Assembly (NCBI GenBank): GCA_965198025.1
Contig: OZ240237.1
Span: 921,038 to 985,037 of the forward strand
Direction: 5' to 3'
DNA from: Terriglobia bacterium
GTDB taxonomy: Bacteria; Acidobacteriota; Terriglobia; 2-12-FULL-54-10
Length of the DNA stretch: 64,000 bases
Numbering within the stretch: position 1 is the stretch's first letter; each line of letters starts with the position of its first letter. This document shows, piece after piece, positions 49,537 through 60,304 of this stretch. The notes under the pieces are model-generated. The model was given only the letters and a program-made list of their open reading frames with translations, was not told where the DNA came from and searched no databases. The position numbers and the translations under genes were made by a program.

Positions 49537-51078
49537 TCAAGGAAGCCGAAATGTGTTCGTGTATTTCGCCTGTTCCCGCAGCACGTTCTTCTGTACCTTG
49601 CCTAGGGTGTTGCGTGGTAGATCGTCTGCGAAGAAGATGCGTTTTGGGACCTTGTAGTTGGCGAGAACTCCCTTCAGCTGGCTGAGGAGAGACGCTTCGC
49701 TCAATGGCGGGGCGCCCGATTCGGGGATCACAAAGGCGACCACGGCCTCGCCGAAGTCCGGATGCGGCACACCGATCACGGCCGATTCGGTAACATCCTC
49801 CATCTGATCCAGTGCCATCTCAACTTCCTTGGGATAGACGTTCAGCCCGCCCGTGATGACAAGGTCCTTGCGCCGCCCGGCGATCGAGAGATACCCGTTC
49901 GGCTCCCAGCGTCCGAGATCGCCGGTCTTGAAAAATCCGTCAGCGGTAAAGCTTGCTGCGGTCTCCTCGGCCCTTCCCCAATAGCCCGCCAGCACGTTCT
50001 CGCCCTGGATCTCCACCTCGCCTACCTTGCCTGGGGGCAAAGCTGCGCCGTCCTCATCGACAACGCGCAGCGACACGCCCGACAACGGTGGCCCGACCAT
50101 TCCCGCTACGCGCTCGCCGTCAACTGGATTCGACGTGATGACACCGGCTTCCGTCATGCCATAGCGTTCGAGCACTTGGAACCCCGTGCGCTCCTCGAAC
50201 GCCTGAAATGTCTGCGCGAGCAACGGCGCCGAGCCGGAAATGAACAGCCGCATATCGTGGCAGACCTCCTTGTTGAACCGAGGATGGTCGAGCAGGCGCG
50301 TATAGTACGTGGGCACACCCATGAATACAGTGGCCTGCGGAAGATGCCCGGTCACAGCGGCGGCGTCGAACTTGGGCAGGAAAAGTATCTTGGTGCTGCC
50401 GAACAGGGCGGTGAAGCAAGCGATGAACAGGCCGTGGAAATGGAAGATGGGCAGCGAATGGAGCAGCACGTCGGTGGGCCGCCAGCGCCAGACGTCGTGG
50501 AGCGCTGCAATGTTGGCGCCAAGGTTCCGGTGCGTGATCATGGCTCCCTTCGGCACCCCTGTAGTTCCCGAGGTGTACATCAACGCTGCCACATCGTCCC
50601 CGGCGCAGGGCACCGTGTCGAAACTCGGTGGCGTTCCGGCGCTCCGTTCCGTCAGAGTCCCTTCGCCTCGTTCGTTGAGCATTGCGACGTGGGGACGGGG
50701 AAATTGGTTTTGGAGTTCTCGGAGAAGCGCCGAAATCTCATCCTGCGCCTCCGGCCGGCAGATCACCGCGCGCGGTTTGGAGTCCAAGAGCAGATGGCGC
50801 AGCTCGCCCTCACGGCACGCCGGATTGAGGGGTACGAAGATCAGCCCGGCACGAAGGCACGCCAGGCAAAGCATCAGCGCCTGGGGCGACTTATCCACTT
50901 GTGCCAGGAGACGGTCGCCCTTGGCCAGTCTCTTCTCGGTGAGGAACGAGGCATAGACCGCGGTCTGCCGCTCGAGGTCTCGAAAGGAGTACGAGGCACC
51001 GTCTCCGGTTTCGAGAAAGGTCTGCGAGAGGTCGCGCGGAAAACGTTCACGGAGCAAGTTGTAGAGATTGTGACTCAC
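49537..51078 (-). CDS. AMP-forming acyl-CoA synthetase (MatB/FadD-like)
   Basis: 513 aa with MYTSGTTGVPKG. Confidence 0.8.
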   Translation of the reverse strand: MSHNLYNLLRERFPRDLSQTFLETGDGASYSFRDLERQTAVYASFLTEKRLAKGDRLLAQVDKSPQALMLCLACLRAGLIFVPLNPACREGELRHLLLDSKPRAVICRPEAQDEISALLRELQNQFPRPHVAMLNERGEGTLTERSAGTPPSFDTVPCAGDDVAALMYTSGTTGVPKGAMITHRNLGANIAALHDVWRWRPTDVLLHSLPIFHFHGLFIACFTALFGSTKILFLPKFDAAAVTGHLPQATVFMGVPTYYTRLLDHPRFNKEVCHDMRLFISGSAPLLAQTFQAFEERTGFQVLERYGMTEAGVITSNPVDGERVAGMVGPPLSGVSLRVVDEDGAALPPGKVGEVEIQGENVLAGYWGRAEETAASFTADGFFKTGDLGRWEPNGYLSIAGRRKDLVITGGLNVYPKEVEMALDQMEDVTESAVIGVPHPDFGEAVVAFVIPESGAPPLSEASLLSQLKGVLANYKVPKRIFFADDLPRNTLGKVQKNVLREQAKYTNTFRLP

Positions 51079-51087
51079 GGTTGGTCG

Positions 51088-52278
51088 TCAGAGCAGCTCT
51101 TCGATTTCTTCCTGACTGTAACCAAGCTCCCGTAGAATCGCCTCCGTGTCTTGTCCCAATGCCGGGACGGGATCATAGCGCGCCGGGCTATCGGAAAGCC
51201 GCAGCGGGCTGGCAATGGCAGGGACTGGTCCCACCGGCGATTCCAATTCCCGGATCATGCGGCGCGCAATGACCTGGGGATGAGCTAGCACCTGGGCGAT
51301 GCCCCGGACTTCTCCGTACGGCAGGCGGCTCTTTTCCAGGCGCCGCAGCCATTCGTCATGCGGGTACGCGAGAAACAACTCTTCGATGAGTTCTTCCAAT
51401 ACTCCGCGATTCTGGCACCTGGTTTCCACAGTCTTGAATCTTGGGTCTTCCAGCCAGTCGGGTCGTTCTACGACCTGGCGGCAGAAGGTTTCCCATGCCT
51501 GGTCTGTGCCGACGGCCAGCGACACGTACACTCCATCGCCCGCCAGATAAGGCCCGTAGGGCGTCACGAGGTGGTGGCGCATCCCGATGCGTTCCGGTTC
51601 TTCGCCACGATGCCAGTAGCGGTGGGGAAAGTATCCGAGCCAGGAAAGAATGGACTCGAACATGGAGATGTCAATCACCTGGCCGCGGCCGGTCTTCTCC
51701 CTTTGAAAAAGGGCCAAGAGGATTCCGATGGCCGCGTACATCGAGGAACCCAGATCAGCGATAGGAATCCCCACTTTGGCCGGCCGGTCGGGATACCCGG
51801 TTGTGGCGATGATGCCTGCTTCTCCCTGGATCAGCGGGTCGTAGGCTTTCATGTCCTTGTACGGGCCGTCCTGCCCGTAGCCGGAGAGGGAGCAATGAAT
51901 GAGCCGCGGGTTCCTGGCGCACAGCTCAGCCGCTCCGAGTCCCAGACGTCCGGCCGCACCGGGGGCAAAGTTTTCGAGGAACACGTCCACCCGTTCGGCC
52001 AGCCGTCGGATGGCTTCCAGGCCAGCTTTCTTCTTCAGATCCACGGCAAAGCTGCGCTTGTTACGGTTGAGCCAAACGAAGCCGGACGAGAGCCCCTTCA
52101 CCGCAGAGTCCCAGTGGCGAATCAGATCTCCGTCGCCGGGTTTCTCAATCTTGATAACCTCGGCTCCCATATCCGCGAGAATCCGCGTACAGTGGGGGCC
52201 TGCCACGGAGATTTCCATTGCCAGCACCCGGACTCCGGACAAGGCCAGGGAAGGATCAGTTGAACCGTTTGAAGGCAT
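51088..52278 (-). CDS. CoA-transferase family III (CaiB/BaiF) protein
   Basis: 396 aa with GVRVLAMEISVAGPHCTRILADMGAEVIKIE. Confidence 0.8.
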   Translation of the reverse strand: MPSNGSTDPSLALSGVRVLAMEISVAGPHCTRILADMGAEVIKIEKPGDGDLIRHWDSAVKGLSSGFVWLNRNKRSFAVDLKKKAGLEAIRRLAERVDVFLENFAPGAAGRLGLGAAELCARNPRLIHCSLSGYGQDGPYKDMKAYDPLIQGEAGIIATTGYPDRPAKVGIPIADLGSSMYAAIGILLALFQREKTGRGQVIDISMFESILSWLGYFPHRYWHRGEEPERIGMRHHLVTPYGPYLAGDGVYVSLAVGTDQAWETFCRQVVERPDWLEDPRFKTVETRCQNRGVLEELIEELFLAYPHDEWLRRLEKSRLPYGEVRGIAQVLAHPQVIARRMIRELESPVGPVPAIASPLRLSDSPARYDPVPALGQDTEAILRELGYSQEEIEELL

Positions 52279-52434
52279 CAGATCGGACGTTCGGAACTAG
52301 CCACAGAGCGGCAGCGCTACAGAGCAAGTCACGCTAGAGAACGGAGGAACAAGAGCCGGAATGACGGGAACCACGCGATCTGGTTGCTTGAATACTTGGC
52401 GCTCCATGCTGGATGTCTCTGCGGCTGAACCTTG

Positions 52435-52992
52435 TTAAACGGTGAGGATTTCTTTCTCTTTGTTTTTGCCCATCTCATCCAGATGCGCGATGGTTTGATC
52501 GGTGAGCTTCTGGACTGCGTCCAGCGCTCGATGCTCGGCATCCTCGGCAAGTTTCTTTTCCTTAAGCATTTTCTTCAGCGTGTCATTCGCGTCCCGGCGG
52601 ATGTTGCGCGCCGCGGCGCGGTGAGCTTCGACGATCTTATGAAGATGCCTGACCATCTCCTTGCGCCGTTCTTCGGTGAGCGCCGGGATCGGCACACGCA
52701 GGAGTTTGCCGTCACTCATGGGGTTGAGCCCCAGGTCGGCGCTACGGATGGCTTTCTCGACTTCCCCCAACACCGAGGGGTCCCAAGGCTGTACGAGCAG
52801 GGTCGTTGGATCGGCCACCGACACCTTGGCCATTTCCTTGATCGGTGTCGGCGTCCCATAATAATCAGCCCGTACATGATCCAGTATCGCAACCGAGGCG
52901 CGCCCTGTGCGCACCGTTGCCAGTTCTGCCCTCAAGTCTGCTTCAACCTTTTCCATCCGTTGTTTTGCCTCTTTCAAAGTTTCTTGAGTCAT
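52435..52992 (-). CDS. frr: ribosome recycling factor
   Basis: ...LATVRTGRASVAILD... Confidence 0.85.
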   Translation of the reverse strand: MTQETLKEAKQRMEKVEADLRAELATVRTGRASVAILDHVRADYYGTPTPIKEMAKVSVADPTTLLVQPWDPSVLGEVEKAIRSADLGLNPMSDGKLLRVPIPALTEERRKEMVRHLHKIVEAHRAAARNIRRDANDTLKKMLKEKKLAEDAEHRALDAVQKLTDQTIAHLDEMGKNKEKEILTV

Positions 52993-53027
52993 CCTCAGTT
53001 TCTCCCGCATCTGTGTCTGAATCCGGG

Positions 53028-53750
53028 TCAGTCGCCGCTCACCAGCGAGCCGATTTTCTCTCCCCGAACCACCCGCAAGATGTTGCCCGGAACGTTGAGG
53101 TTGAACACGATGATCGGCAGGCTGTTCTCCCGGCAGAGGGAGATCGCCGTCGAGTCCATCACCGCCAGGTTTTGCGAGATCATCTGGTAATAGGTCACCT
53201 GGGAGAACATTTTAGCGTCCTTGACCTGCGTCGGATCGGCGTCGTACACGCCGTCCACCTTCGTCGCCTTCATAATGACATCGGCTCGGATCTCCATGGC
53301 GCGCAATGCAGCTGCCGTGTCAGTCGAGAAATAGGGGTTTCCGGTTCCCGCGGCAAAAATCACGACGCGGCCTTTTTCCAGGTGCCGGACGGCACGCCGC
53401 CGGATGAATGCTTCCGCCACTTGATGGATCTGGATCGCCGTCATCACGCGAGTCTGGACAGATAGCTTCTCAAGAGCATCCTGCAGCGCAAGCGCGTTGA
53501 TGACTGTCGCCAGCATCCCCATGTGGTCCGCCGACACGCGGTCCAGTTCCTTGGCCGACTCCGCCACCCCGCGGAAGATGTTGCCTCCACCCACTACAAT
53601 CGCCGTCTCGACACCCGTTTCCTGAACTGCCTGGATCTCGCCAGCGATCTCCGCTGCCCGGGCCGGGTCGACGCCGTATCGGCGTGCGCCCCCCAGTGCT
53701 TCTCCGCTCAGTTTCAGAAGGATTCGCTTGAAGATGAGTGTGGCAGCCAT
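53028..53750 (-). CDS. pyrH: UMP kinase
   Basis: [12 protein letters not shown]...[10 protein letters not shown]. Confidence 0.9.
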   Translation of the reverse strand: MAATLIFKRILLKLSGEALGGARRYGVDPARAAEIAGEIQAVQETGVETAIVVGGGNIFRGVAESAKELDRVSADHMGMLATVINALALQDALEKLSVQTRVMTAIQIHQVAEAFIRRRAVRHLEKGRVVIFAAGTGNPYFSTDTAAALRAMEIRADVIMKATKVDGVYDADPTQVKDAKMFSQVTYYQMISQNLAVMDSTAISLCRENSLPIIVFNLNVPGNILRVVRGEKIGSLVSGD

Positions 53751-53809
53751 GTGGAAAGCAATAACCGGCCCCGTGTCGGTACCGACCGCAATGATGACCG
53801 CTGCGATTC

Positions 53810-54442
53810 TCAGGCCGAGTTAGCTGTACGGTCTCCGCTCTCGCCGACTTTGAACCGCGCGAACCTCCGTACGGTGATGTTCTCCCCCAGTTTCCCGATG
53901 CAACTTGCCACCACCTGCCCGACGGTCTGGCCCGGATCCTTCACGAAGTGTTGTTCGAGCAGGCACACCTCTTCGTAGAACTTTTCCATCTTGCCCATTA
54001 CGATCCGGTCCACGATCTTTTCCGGCTTGCCCGACGCCAGGGCCTGCGCCCGGTAGATCTCCTTTTCTTTCTCCAGGATCTCCGGAGTCACTTCTTCTTT
54101 GCGGATATAGCGCGGGTCCGCCGCCGCGATATGCATGGCCATGTCGTGGGCCAGGTTCTGGAACTCGTCCGTGCGGGCCACGAAGTCGGACTCGCAGTTA
54201 AGCTCGATCATCACTCCGATCTTTCCCCCGGCATGGATGTAGGATCCCACGAGTCCTTCCAGGGTGGCGCGGCCGGCCCGTTTCTGCGCCGAAGCCAGGC
54301 CTCGCTTGCGCAGGACCGTTTCCGCATCGGCGATGTTCCCCTTGGCTTCTGTCAGGGCTGCCTTGCAATCCATCATCGGCGCGCCGGTCTTGTCTCGCAA
54401 TGCTTTCACTTGCTGGGCGGTAATCGGAGTCTCAGCAGCCAT
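53810..54442 (-). CDS. tsf: elongation factor Ts
   Basis: [24 protein letters not shown]. Confidence 0.9.
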   Translation of the reverse strand: MAAETPITAQQVKALRDKTGAPMMDCKAALTEAKGNIADAETVLRKRGLASAQKRAGRATLEGLVGSYIHAGGKIGVMIELNCESDFVARTDEFQNLAHDMAMHIAAADPRYIRKEEVTPEILEKEKEIYRAQALASGKPEKIVDRIVMGKMEKFYEEVCLLEQHFVKDPGQTVGQVVASCIGKLGENITVRRFARFKVGESGDRTANSA

Positions 54443-54606
54443 GAGTTTATCTCTGTCCTGTTGGATTTGTACGTCGCTCGTCCAGACGGTGTTCGTTATG
54501 AAGAGGAAGCCCGCCCCGGAACAATCAGCAGGCCGGTGTTCCCATTTGCCTGAGTCTGTCCGAGGATAATTCAGGAAAAATCCGTGCCCCGCGGAGTCCC
54601 GGAGTG

Positions 54607-55497
54607 TTAGGGGATTTCACGCGACGCGGGATACTGCGAAGTGTCGTATGGCTCTTTAGCCGTCTCGGACGCTCCAGCCGCCGTACTGTCGTGCGCCGTT
54701 GGATATTCCGAAAAGCCTTCCGGTACCGGTACCGGCTCGTATGCGGGTTCTGCGGCGCCTGCTTCATACGCGGCTTCCGAAGCCAGACGTTCCTCTTCCA
54801 GGGCGCGACTCTCGGCGATGTGCCTGCCTTCGAGCACTGCGTCTGCAACCTTGGACGTGAACAGCCGGATCGCCCGCAACGCGTCGTCGTTCCCAGGGAT
54901 GGGATGTGTCACCAGGTCCGGATCGCAGTTCGTATCCACCACACCCACCACGGCGATCCCCAGGCGTCGCGCCTCCCGAACGGCGATTTCTTCCTTGTGG
55001 GAATCAATCACGAACAGGGAGTCGGGAAGTCTGGGCATATCTTTGATGCCGGCCAAGTTCAGATCCAGGTGCTTGCGCTCCCGTTCCAGCTTGATGACTT
55101 CCTTCTTCGGCAGCAGCTCGTAGCGCCCGTCCTGCGACATCGCTTCCAGTTCCTTGAGGCGCTTAATCGACTTCTGAATCGTTACATGGTTGGTCAGCAA
55201 ACCACCCAACCACCGCTGGTTTACGTAAAACATCGTGCAGCGCTTAGCCTCTTCCGCGATTGCTTCCTGTGCCTGCCGCTTGGTTCCGACGAAGAGGAGA
55301 ATCTTGTTCTCGGTGCCTAGCTCCGACACGAATTGGGAGGCTTCCTTGAACATCTTGAGTGTCTTCTGCAGATCGATGATGTGGATCCCGTTGCGCTCCC
55401 CGAAAATATACTCCTTCATTTTCGGGTTCCATCGCTTGGTCTGGTGACCAAAGTGAACGCCCGCCTCCAACAACTCTTTCATGCTAATTGCCGGCAA
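54607..55497 (-). CDS. rpsB: 30S ribosomal protein S2
   Basis: [22 protein letters not shown]. Confidence 0.9.
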   Translation of the reverse strand: MPAISMKELLEAGVHFGHQTKRWNPKMKEYIFGERNGIHIIDLQKTLKMFKEASQFVSELGTENKILLFVGTKRQAQEAIAEEAKRCTMFYVNQRWLGGLLTNHVTIQKSIKRLKELEAMSQDGRYELLPKKEVIKLERERKHLDLNLAGIKDMPRLPDSLFVIDSHKEEIAVREARRLGIAVVGVVDTNCDPDLVTHPIPGNDDALRAIRLFTSKVADAVLEGRHIAESRALEEERLASEAAYEAGAAEPAYEPVPVPEGFSEYPTAHDSTAAGASETAKEPYDTSQYPASREIP

Positions 55498-55590
55498 TCA
55501 ACCTCCTCTGGACTCTTCCAGTGAATCCTTGAATCCTTCGGGATCATTCTAGCACCATTCGTAGTTCACGGCGCACAGGCGTAGTGCTAC

Positions 55591-56106
55591 TCAGCGCTTG
55601 GAGAACTGGAAGCGTTTCCGCGCCCCCTTCTGCCCGTATTTCTTGCGCTCCTTGCCCCGTGAGTCACGGGTCAGAAGCCCGAGCCGCTTCAATTGCGGCC
55701 GCAGCTCCGCATCGACGTGGAGCAACGCCCGAGCCATGCCCATCCGGACGGCTCCTGCCTGAGCGTTCACGCCCCCGCCCCGTACCGTGATCCAGGCGTC
55801 GTATTGGCCCAGCAGATCGACCGCCTGCAGCGACTGGCGCACGGCTACGCGCTGCCTCTCGGTCACAAAATACACTTCCAGTGGACGCCCGTTGACCTGA
55901 AACTTGCCTTCCCCCGGTCTCAGGAACACACGCGCCACGCTCGTTTTTCGTCTTCCCGTCCCGTAGTACTGAGTCCCCGGCGGCGGAGCAGGTCGCTCCG
56001 GTGGAGCCGGTTCCGGAGCCTCCGGCTGGGTTTCTTCCGGCGTGCCTTGCGGCGCGCCCTCTGGGGTGGTTTCCGGTGTGGTTTCTAGATTCTGCTCTTC
56101 GGAAAT
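55591..56106 (-). CDS. rpsI: 30S ribosomal protein S9 with a roughly 45-aa Pro/Glu/Thr-rich N-terminal extension; candidate AUU start
   Basis: The conserved S9 core [19 protein letters not shown]...[18 protein letters not shown]. There is no in-frame ATG/GTG/TTG upstream of YYGTG. An ATT at 56106-56104 lies 5 nt after a perfect SD GGAGGTG. Confidence 0.75.
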   Translation of the reverse strand: MSEEQNLETTPETTPEGAPQGTPEETQPEAPEPAPPERPAPPPGTQYYGTGRRKTSVARVFLRPGEGKFQVNGRPLEVYFVTERQRVAVRQSLQAVDLLGQYDAWITVRGGGVNAQAGAVRMGMARALLHVDAELRPQLKRLGLLTRDSRGKERKKYGQKGARKRFQFSKR

Positions 56107-56528
56107 GAGAACACCTCCGGCTTCTGCGCTTCATGCGGATGTTTGTCGCCCGCGTAAACTATCAAATTCTTCCCAATGGCCCGTCCCAGCTTCGTCTTAG
56201 GAAGCATGCCCAGAACCGCCTCACGAATGATCCGTTCGGGCCGTTCTTGCTGCTGCCGGCGGGCGCTGATCTCGCGCAGACCCCCGGGATACCCGGTGAA
56301 CCGACGGTAGAGCTTCTGATCCCACTTGGCTCCTGTCATGCGAACCTGCGCCGCGTTGACCACGATTACGTGATCGCCGAAGCTGAGAAAAGGAGTGAAT
56401 TCTTCGCGGTTCTTCCCGCGCAGCAAAGTGGCGATCTCCGTGGCTAAGCGCCCCAGGACCTGGTCAGCCGCATCCACTACATACCATTTCGCTTCGACTT
56501 CCCCCTTGCGGGGTACATAAGTCTCCAT
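56085..56528 (-). CDS. rplM: 50S ribosomal protein L13
   Basis: [33 protein letters not shown]. Confidence 0.9.
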   Translation of the reverse strand: METYVPRKGEVEAKWYVVDAADQVLGRLATEIATLLRGKNREEFTPFLSFGDHVIVVNAAQVRMTGAKWDQKLYRRFTGYPGGLREISARRQQQERPERIIREAVLGMLPKTKLGRAIGKNLIVYAGDKHPHEAQKPEVFSFPKSRI

Positions 56529-56603
56529 CTCTATCCGCCTCTTGGAGTCGCAAACGCTCAGAATAGAGGAACGAAGTCCAAATTGTCAAGAAGCGCAGTG
56601 GTG

Positions 56604-59555
56604 CTAAAAGGATAATCGCAACGCGAACTGAATCTGCCGGGCCGTGGTGGCCGTGCCGGTGGCGGACAACGCCGTGGGGCTGAAGCGGCCTGTTCCTGAG
56701 AAAACCAGCAGCGAGCCTCTGTTGGGGCCGCGGAAATTGGGATGGTTCGGCAAATTGAAAAACTCCGCGCGAAACTGTAGCCGGCGGGTGTTCCCCAGCG
56801 GGAAATCCCGCTGCAGAGAGACATCCAGATTGAATACCGAAGGAACGATCATGGTGTTGCGGCCGAGATTGCCGATTGTCCCCTCTGCCGGAACGCCGAA
56901 AACGCAAGGGTCAAACATCAAGTCCGGGGTTCCCAGTTCCCGTCCAGCCTCGATGAAGGTCTCGCCGGTCATCGGATCGTTGCAGCCGATCGAAACGCCT
57001 TGGGTCGGATTCTTATCCTGACCGGGGAGCAGATGGGGGCGTGTGGCGGAGAACAGGTATCTGGGACGGCGGACGTTGATCTGTCCCGAGGTTGGGAGCC
57101 CGGTGCGAACGCTGGCGATGCCTCCGACCCGCCAGCTTCCCAGGATTGTCGAAAGAACCTTGGAAAACGCGCTGGAGCCGTTGGCCGTGGCAGGCAAGGT
57201 GTAAAAGAAATTGACCGTAACACGGTGGCGGATATCAAAGTCTGAGAGGCCGCGGTCGAGCGTCCGCCGCAGTCCGTATTGCTGGTTGCCGCGGAAATTG
57301 AACGCAGAACTGTCATCCACAGACTTGCTAAAGGTGTAAGTGGCGCGCAAGGAAAGTGCCTGTCCCGGCTGGGCATCGGCCGAAATCAGCAGGGCGTTAT
57401 AGAAGGACTGCGCGTCACTGGTCATGAGGTTGATTCCACCCTGGAAAGCCGGATTCACGGGCCCGACGTCGGGGGGGAAGAACAACGATCCATCCGGCCG
57501 CACGATCGGGAGAGGAAACAGGTTCGCCTCATAGTTGCGCAGCAGGTGATTGCCCCTGGCGCCGACGTAGCCCACCTGAACATTGGAGTTTCCCGACAGT
57601 CGTTGTTGCAGCATCACGTTGTAGCGCAACATCGTGGGACTGTCGATATTCTGGTAATCCAGGTTCTGAGCTTGCAGGGGAAATCCAACTTTACTAGCTG
57701 CCTGCAGGGCATCAGGGAAGAGATCGGAGGACTTGAAGTTCGTCAGCACGGCCACGCGATAGAACGGAAGCCCGCTCTTCAGAATGTCGAAGGGGTAGGC
57801 CATCATGTGATCGTAATAGACTCCAAAGCCGGCGTTGACGGTCGTATTCCCGCTCCTTCCGGGAGACCAGGACAAGCCCAGTCGCGGAGAAAGATTCCGC
57901 AAGGAAGGGTTGTGTTTCAAAACGGGACCAATGGTTACGTCCGTGCTGTGCACCGGGTCCTCCAGGAACGCATCTCTTCCGTAGCGGTCGCGGATCAGCG
58001 TGGTGAGCTCATATCGAAATCCCAGGCTGAGCTGCAGGTTGGGACGGACCTGGTATTCGTCCTGTCCATAAAGGCCCACTAAAGTCTGGCGAAAGGACTT
58101 CTTGTTGCTCGATCCCGGCAGCGCCACGGTTAACGAAGTGGTCCTCTCCGGCCCTCCCTGCAGAAAGCTGTCAAGGCTGTTGAACGACCACTCGCCCCCC
58201 TGAGCCGAACCGGAGAAGATATCCCATCGATAGCGGTGCACCTCCAGCCCGAACTTGAGGCCGTGCTTTTCGCGCTGGACGATTCCGTCCCCGGAAAATT
58301 GAAACGCATTGGTGACGCTCCCCGCCGGGAGAAAGCCTACGGGTCCGAAGGTGCCGGCTCCGGGAATGTTGAACTCTCCGAATTGCGGGGCGTCCTGGAC
58401 GAAGAACAAGGAACGCGGAATCTCAATCGAAGAAACACTTTCCTGGGCATCCACGGGGCGGGTATACCCAATGCGGGAAGAAGCCAATACGCTAGGGCTG
58501 AAGATATGGCTCGCTACCACGGTCAGGTACTGCTGGCGGGTTGTGACCCCCCTTGCGAAGAGAAAGTTGTCCCCGCCTTGCTGGCTGTCGGCGTCATCGA
58601 AGGTGTAGCGGCCAAAGAGGCTGTCGCGGTCGGAGAGCTGATGATCGATGCGAATGGTGAAAAAGTTCTCGTTGGTGGGCAGGAATTGGGGCGAAGAGTT
58701 CCGGGCCAAACCTTCTCCAAGGCGCGTCGAGTTCGGAAGCGGCATCAGGGCCAGGTAGGGCAACACGCTGGGATTCACCGGAACAGTTCGAATCGGTCGC
58801 CCCGACGCGTCCGTAATGATCCCCTGGCGGGCATCGGCGTCCACGAACGTGTCAATCTTGGTATTGTTCAAGCGGTCGCGGAGGGCCTCATAGCTGCCCA
58901 TGAAATAGGTCCTCCCCCTCCGAATCGGTCCAGTCAGGGTGAATCCAAACTGATTGCGCTTGAAGGGTGGAGGGTCTGAGCCGCGGTCGAAGAAATTGCG
59001 GGCGTCGAGCTTGCTGTTGCGAAAATACTCGAAAAAGGTTCCGTGGAATTCGTCGGAGCCGGAGCGTGAAATGGAGTTCATCACGCCTCCGTTGTTCCGT
59101 CCGTATTCGGCGCCGTAGGTGGCGCTGAAGACCTGGACTTGCAGAATGGAGTCCGAACCCAGTCGCACTCCGGCGGCGCTGCGCGGAGGGCGGTTCTGCG
59201 CATCCATAATGTTGGTTCCGTCGAGCAGAAACGAGTTGGAGGAGGAACGGCTGCCCGAGAAACTCAGACTCCCCCCACTCACGCCGCGCGATGCGTTCGC
59301 TGAGGAGGAGTCCGACACACCCGCGTCCAGGGTGACCAGTTGGGTGTAGCTGCGTCCGTTAAGAGGAAGTCCGGTCAACAGGTTCTCATTGATGAGATTG
59401 GCGTTGGAGCCGGGAGAGGGTTCCGCGGGGCTTTCTTCCTCCTCCCTGGCGGGAGGTTCGCGCTCTTGCGCCGCCAGTTCCCCCGAGGGCAGAAACAATG
59501 GCAGTTGCAAAAGAGAAGCCGCGATCAGCAGTCGTAGGTCAGAGGATCGAAGCAT
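56604..59555 (-). CDS. TonB-dependent receptor with CarboxypepD_reg-like domain (intact)
   Basis: 983 aa with signal peptide, plug and barrel, ending ...FALRLSF. Confidence 0.85.
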   Translation of the reverse strand: MLRSSDLRLLIAASLLQLPLFLPSGELAAQEREPPAREEEESPAEPSPGSNANLINENLLTGLPLNGRSYTQLVTLDAGVSDSSSANASRGVSGGSLSFSGSRSSSNSFLLDGTNIMDAQNRPPRSAAGVRLGSDSILQVQVFSATYGAEYGRNNGGVMNSISRSGSDEFHGTFFEYFRNSKLDARNFFDRGSDPPPFKRNQFGFTLTGPIRRGRTYFMGSYEALRDRLNNTKIDTFVDADARQGIITDASGRPIRTVPVNPSVLPYLALMPLPNSTRLGEGLARNSSPQFLPTNENFFTIRIDHQLSDRDSLFGRYTFDDADSQQGGDNFLFARGVTTRQQYLTVVASHIFSPSVLASSRIGYTRPVDAQESVSSIEIPRSLFFVQDAPQFGEFNIPGAGTFGPVGFLPAGSVTNAFQFSGDGIVQREKHGLKFGLEVHRYRWDIFSGSAQGGEWSFNSLDSFLQGGPERTTSLTVALPGSSNKKSFRQTLVGLYGQDEYQVRPNLQLSLGFRYELTTLIRDRYGRDAFLEDPVHSTDVTIGPVLKHNPSLRNLSPRLGLSWSPGRSGNTTVNAGFGVYYDHMMAYPFDILKSGLPFYRVAVLTNFKSSDLFPDALQAASKVGFPLQAQNLDYQNIDSPTMLRYNVMLQQRLSGNSNVQVGYVGARGNHLLRNYEANLFPLPIVRPDGSLFFPPDVGPVNPAFQGGINLMTSDAQSFYNALLISADAQPGQALSLRATYTFSKSVDDSSAFNFRGNQQYGLRRTLDRGLSDFDIRHRVTVNFFYTLPATANGSSAFSKVLSTILGSWRVGGIASVRTGLPTSGQINVRRPRYLFSATRPHLLPGQDKNPTQGVSIGCNDPMTGETFIEAGRELGTPDLMFDPCVFGVPAEGTIGNLGRNTMIVPSVFNLDVSLQRDFPLGNTRRLQFRAEFFNLPNHPNFRGPNRGSLLVFSGTGRFSPTALSATGTATTARQIQFALRLSF

Positions 59556-59891
59556 ACCGCATCTTGGTCGTCTCAGAACACTTCGGGGAAGTAGTACGTG
59601 AGAACGGCATTCAGGTACTGATCGGAGACCATAAGGGCTTTGCTCTTGGGGCCTGGCACGGCTGCCATGGTATCACAATGCCCTTGTTCAGGGATGGGGG
59701 CACTGCCTCCAACCCCACTGGCCAATTCGTGCCGCTCCAACCCAATTGTCGTTCTCCGGGACACCGGAGATCAAGCACGTGGCGGCGTTCCTGGGGGTCC
59801 AAGGGTATCCACGTCACTTGCGAAACTATTGTAAGGAGTGGTCCATCTCGGAGTTTTTCAACAACCTGCTAATCCCTCAAGGGGGCGGCAG

Positions 59892-60304
59892 GACCATTTT
59901 CAGCGTTGCTGTATAGCCCGCAGGTAGGGCAGGCATTCTTGCCTGTCCCCAATAGTGCAAGCCACCCCTCAAGACTGTGTCATCCCGAGCGGCTTGTCCC
60001 GAGCGCAGTCGAGGGGAGCGAGGGATCTGCTCTTCGCCTGAATCCGAGCCGCGACCGCAAGGGAGCGGTGGGTTTGAGCGAGTAACCACTACCCGTTTTT
60101 TTCTGCCGTGGGCTGTTCTGTCGTGCGGAAGGGCACGGTTTCAACCGTGCCAAAACGCGGTTGCAAGAATCCTCTTCCGCTCTGCCGAAGGCTGTCGCGG
60201 AGCCTCGGCGCAGCGACAAGGTAGGGCAGGCATTCCTGCCTGCCCCCATAGAACACAGGCCCGTCCCTACTTTGTGGCTGCGCTACACCAACCCTGAAAA
60301 TGGT
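59892..60304. repeat. MITE-like element copy E (413 bp; TIRs plus hairpins plus an internal roughly 300-bp module X)
   Basis: GACCATTTTCAGCGTTGCTGTATAGCCCGCAGGTAGGGCAGGCATTCTTGCCTG ... GGCAGGCATTCCTGCCTGCC...CTGAAAATGGTG. It supplies the last 12 codons and the stop of the truncated permease ORF. Confidence 0.75.

Noticed and set aside
55664-56134. 156-aa ORF starting at the only ATG near the rpsI 5' end
   Set aside because: It is in a different frame from the conserved S9 core and encodes an Arg/Gly-rich nonsense sequence. It was kept only as context for the rpsI start-codon question.
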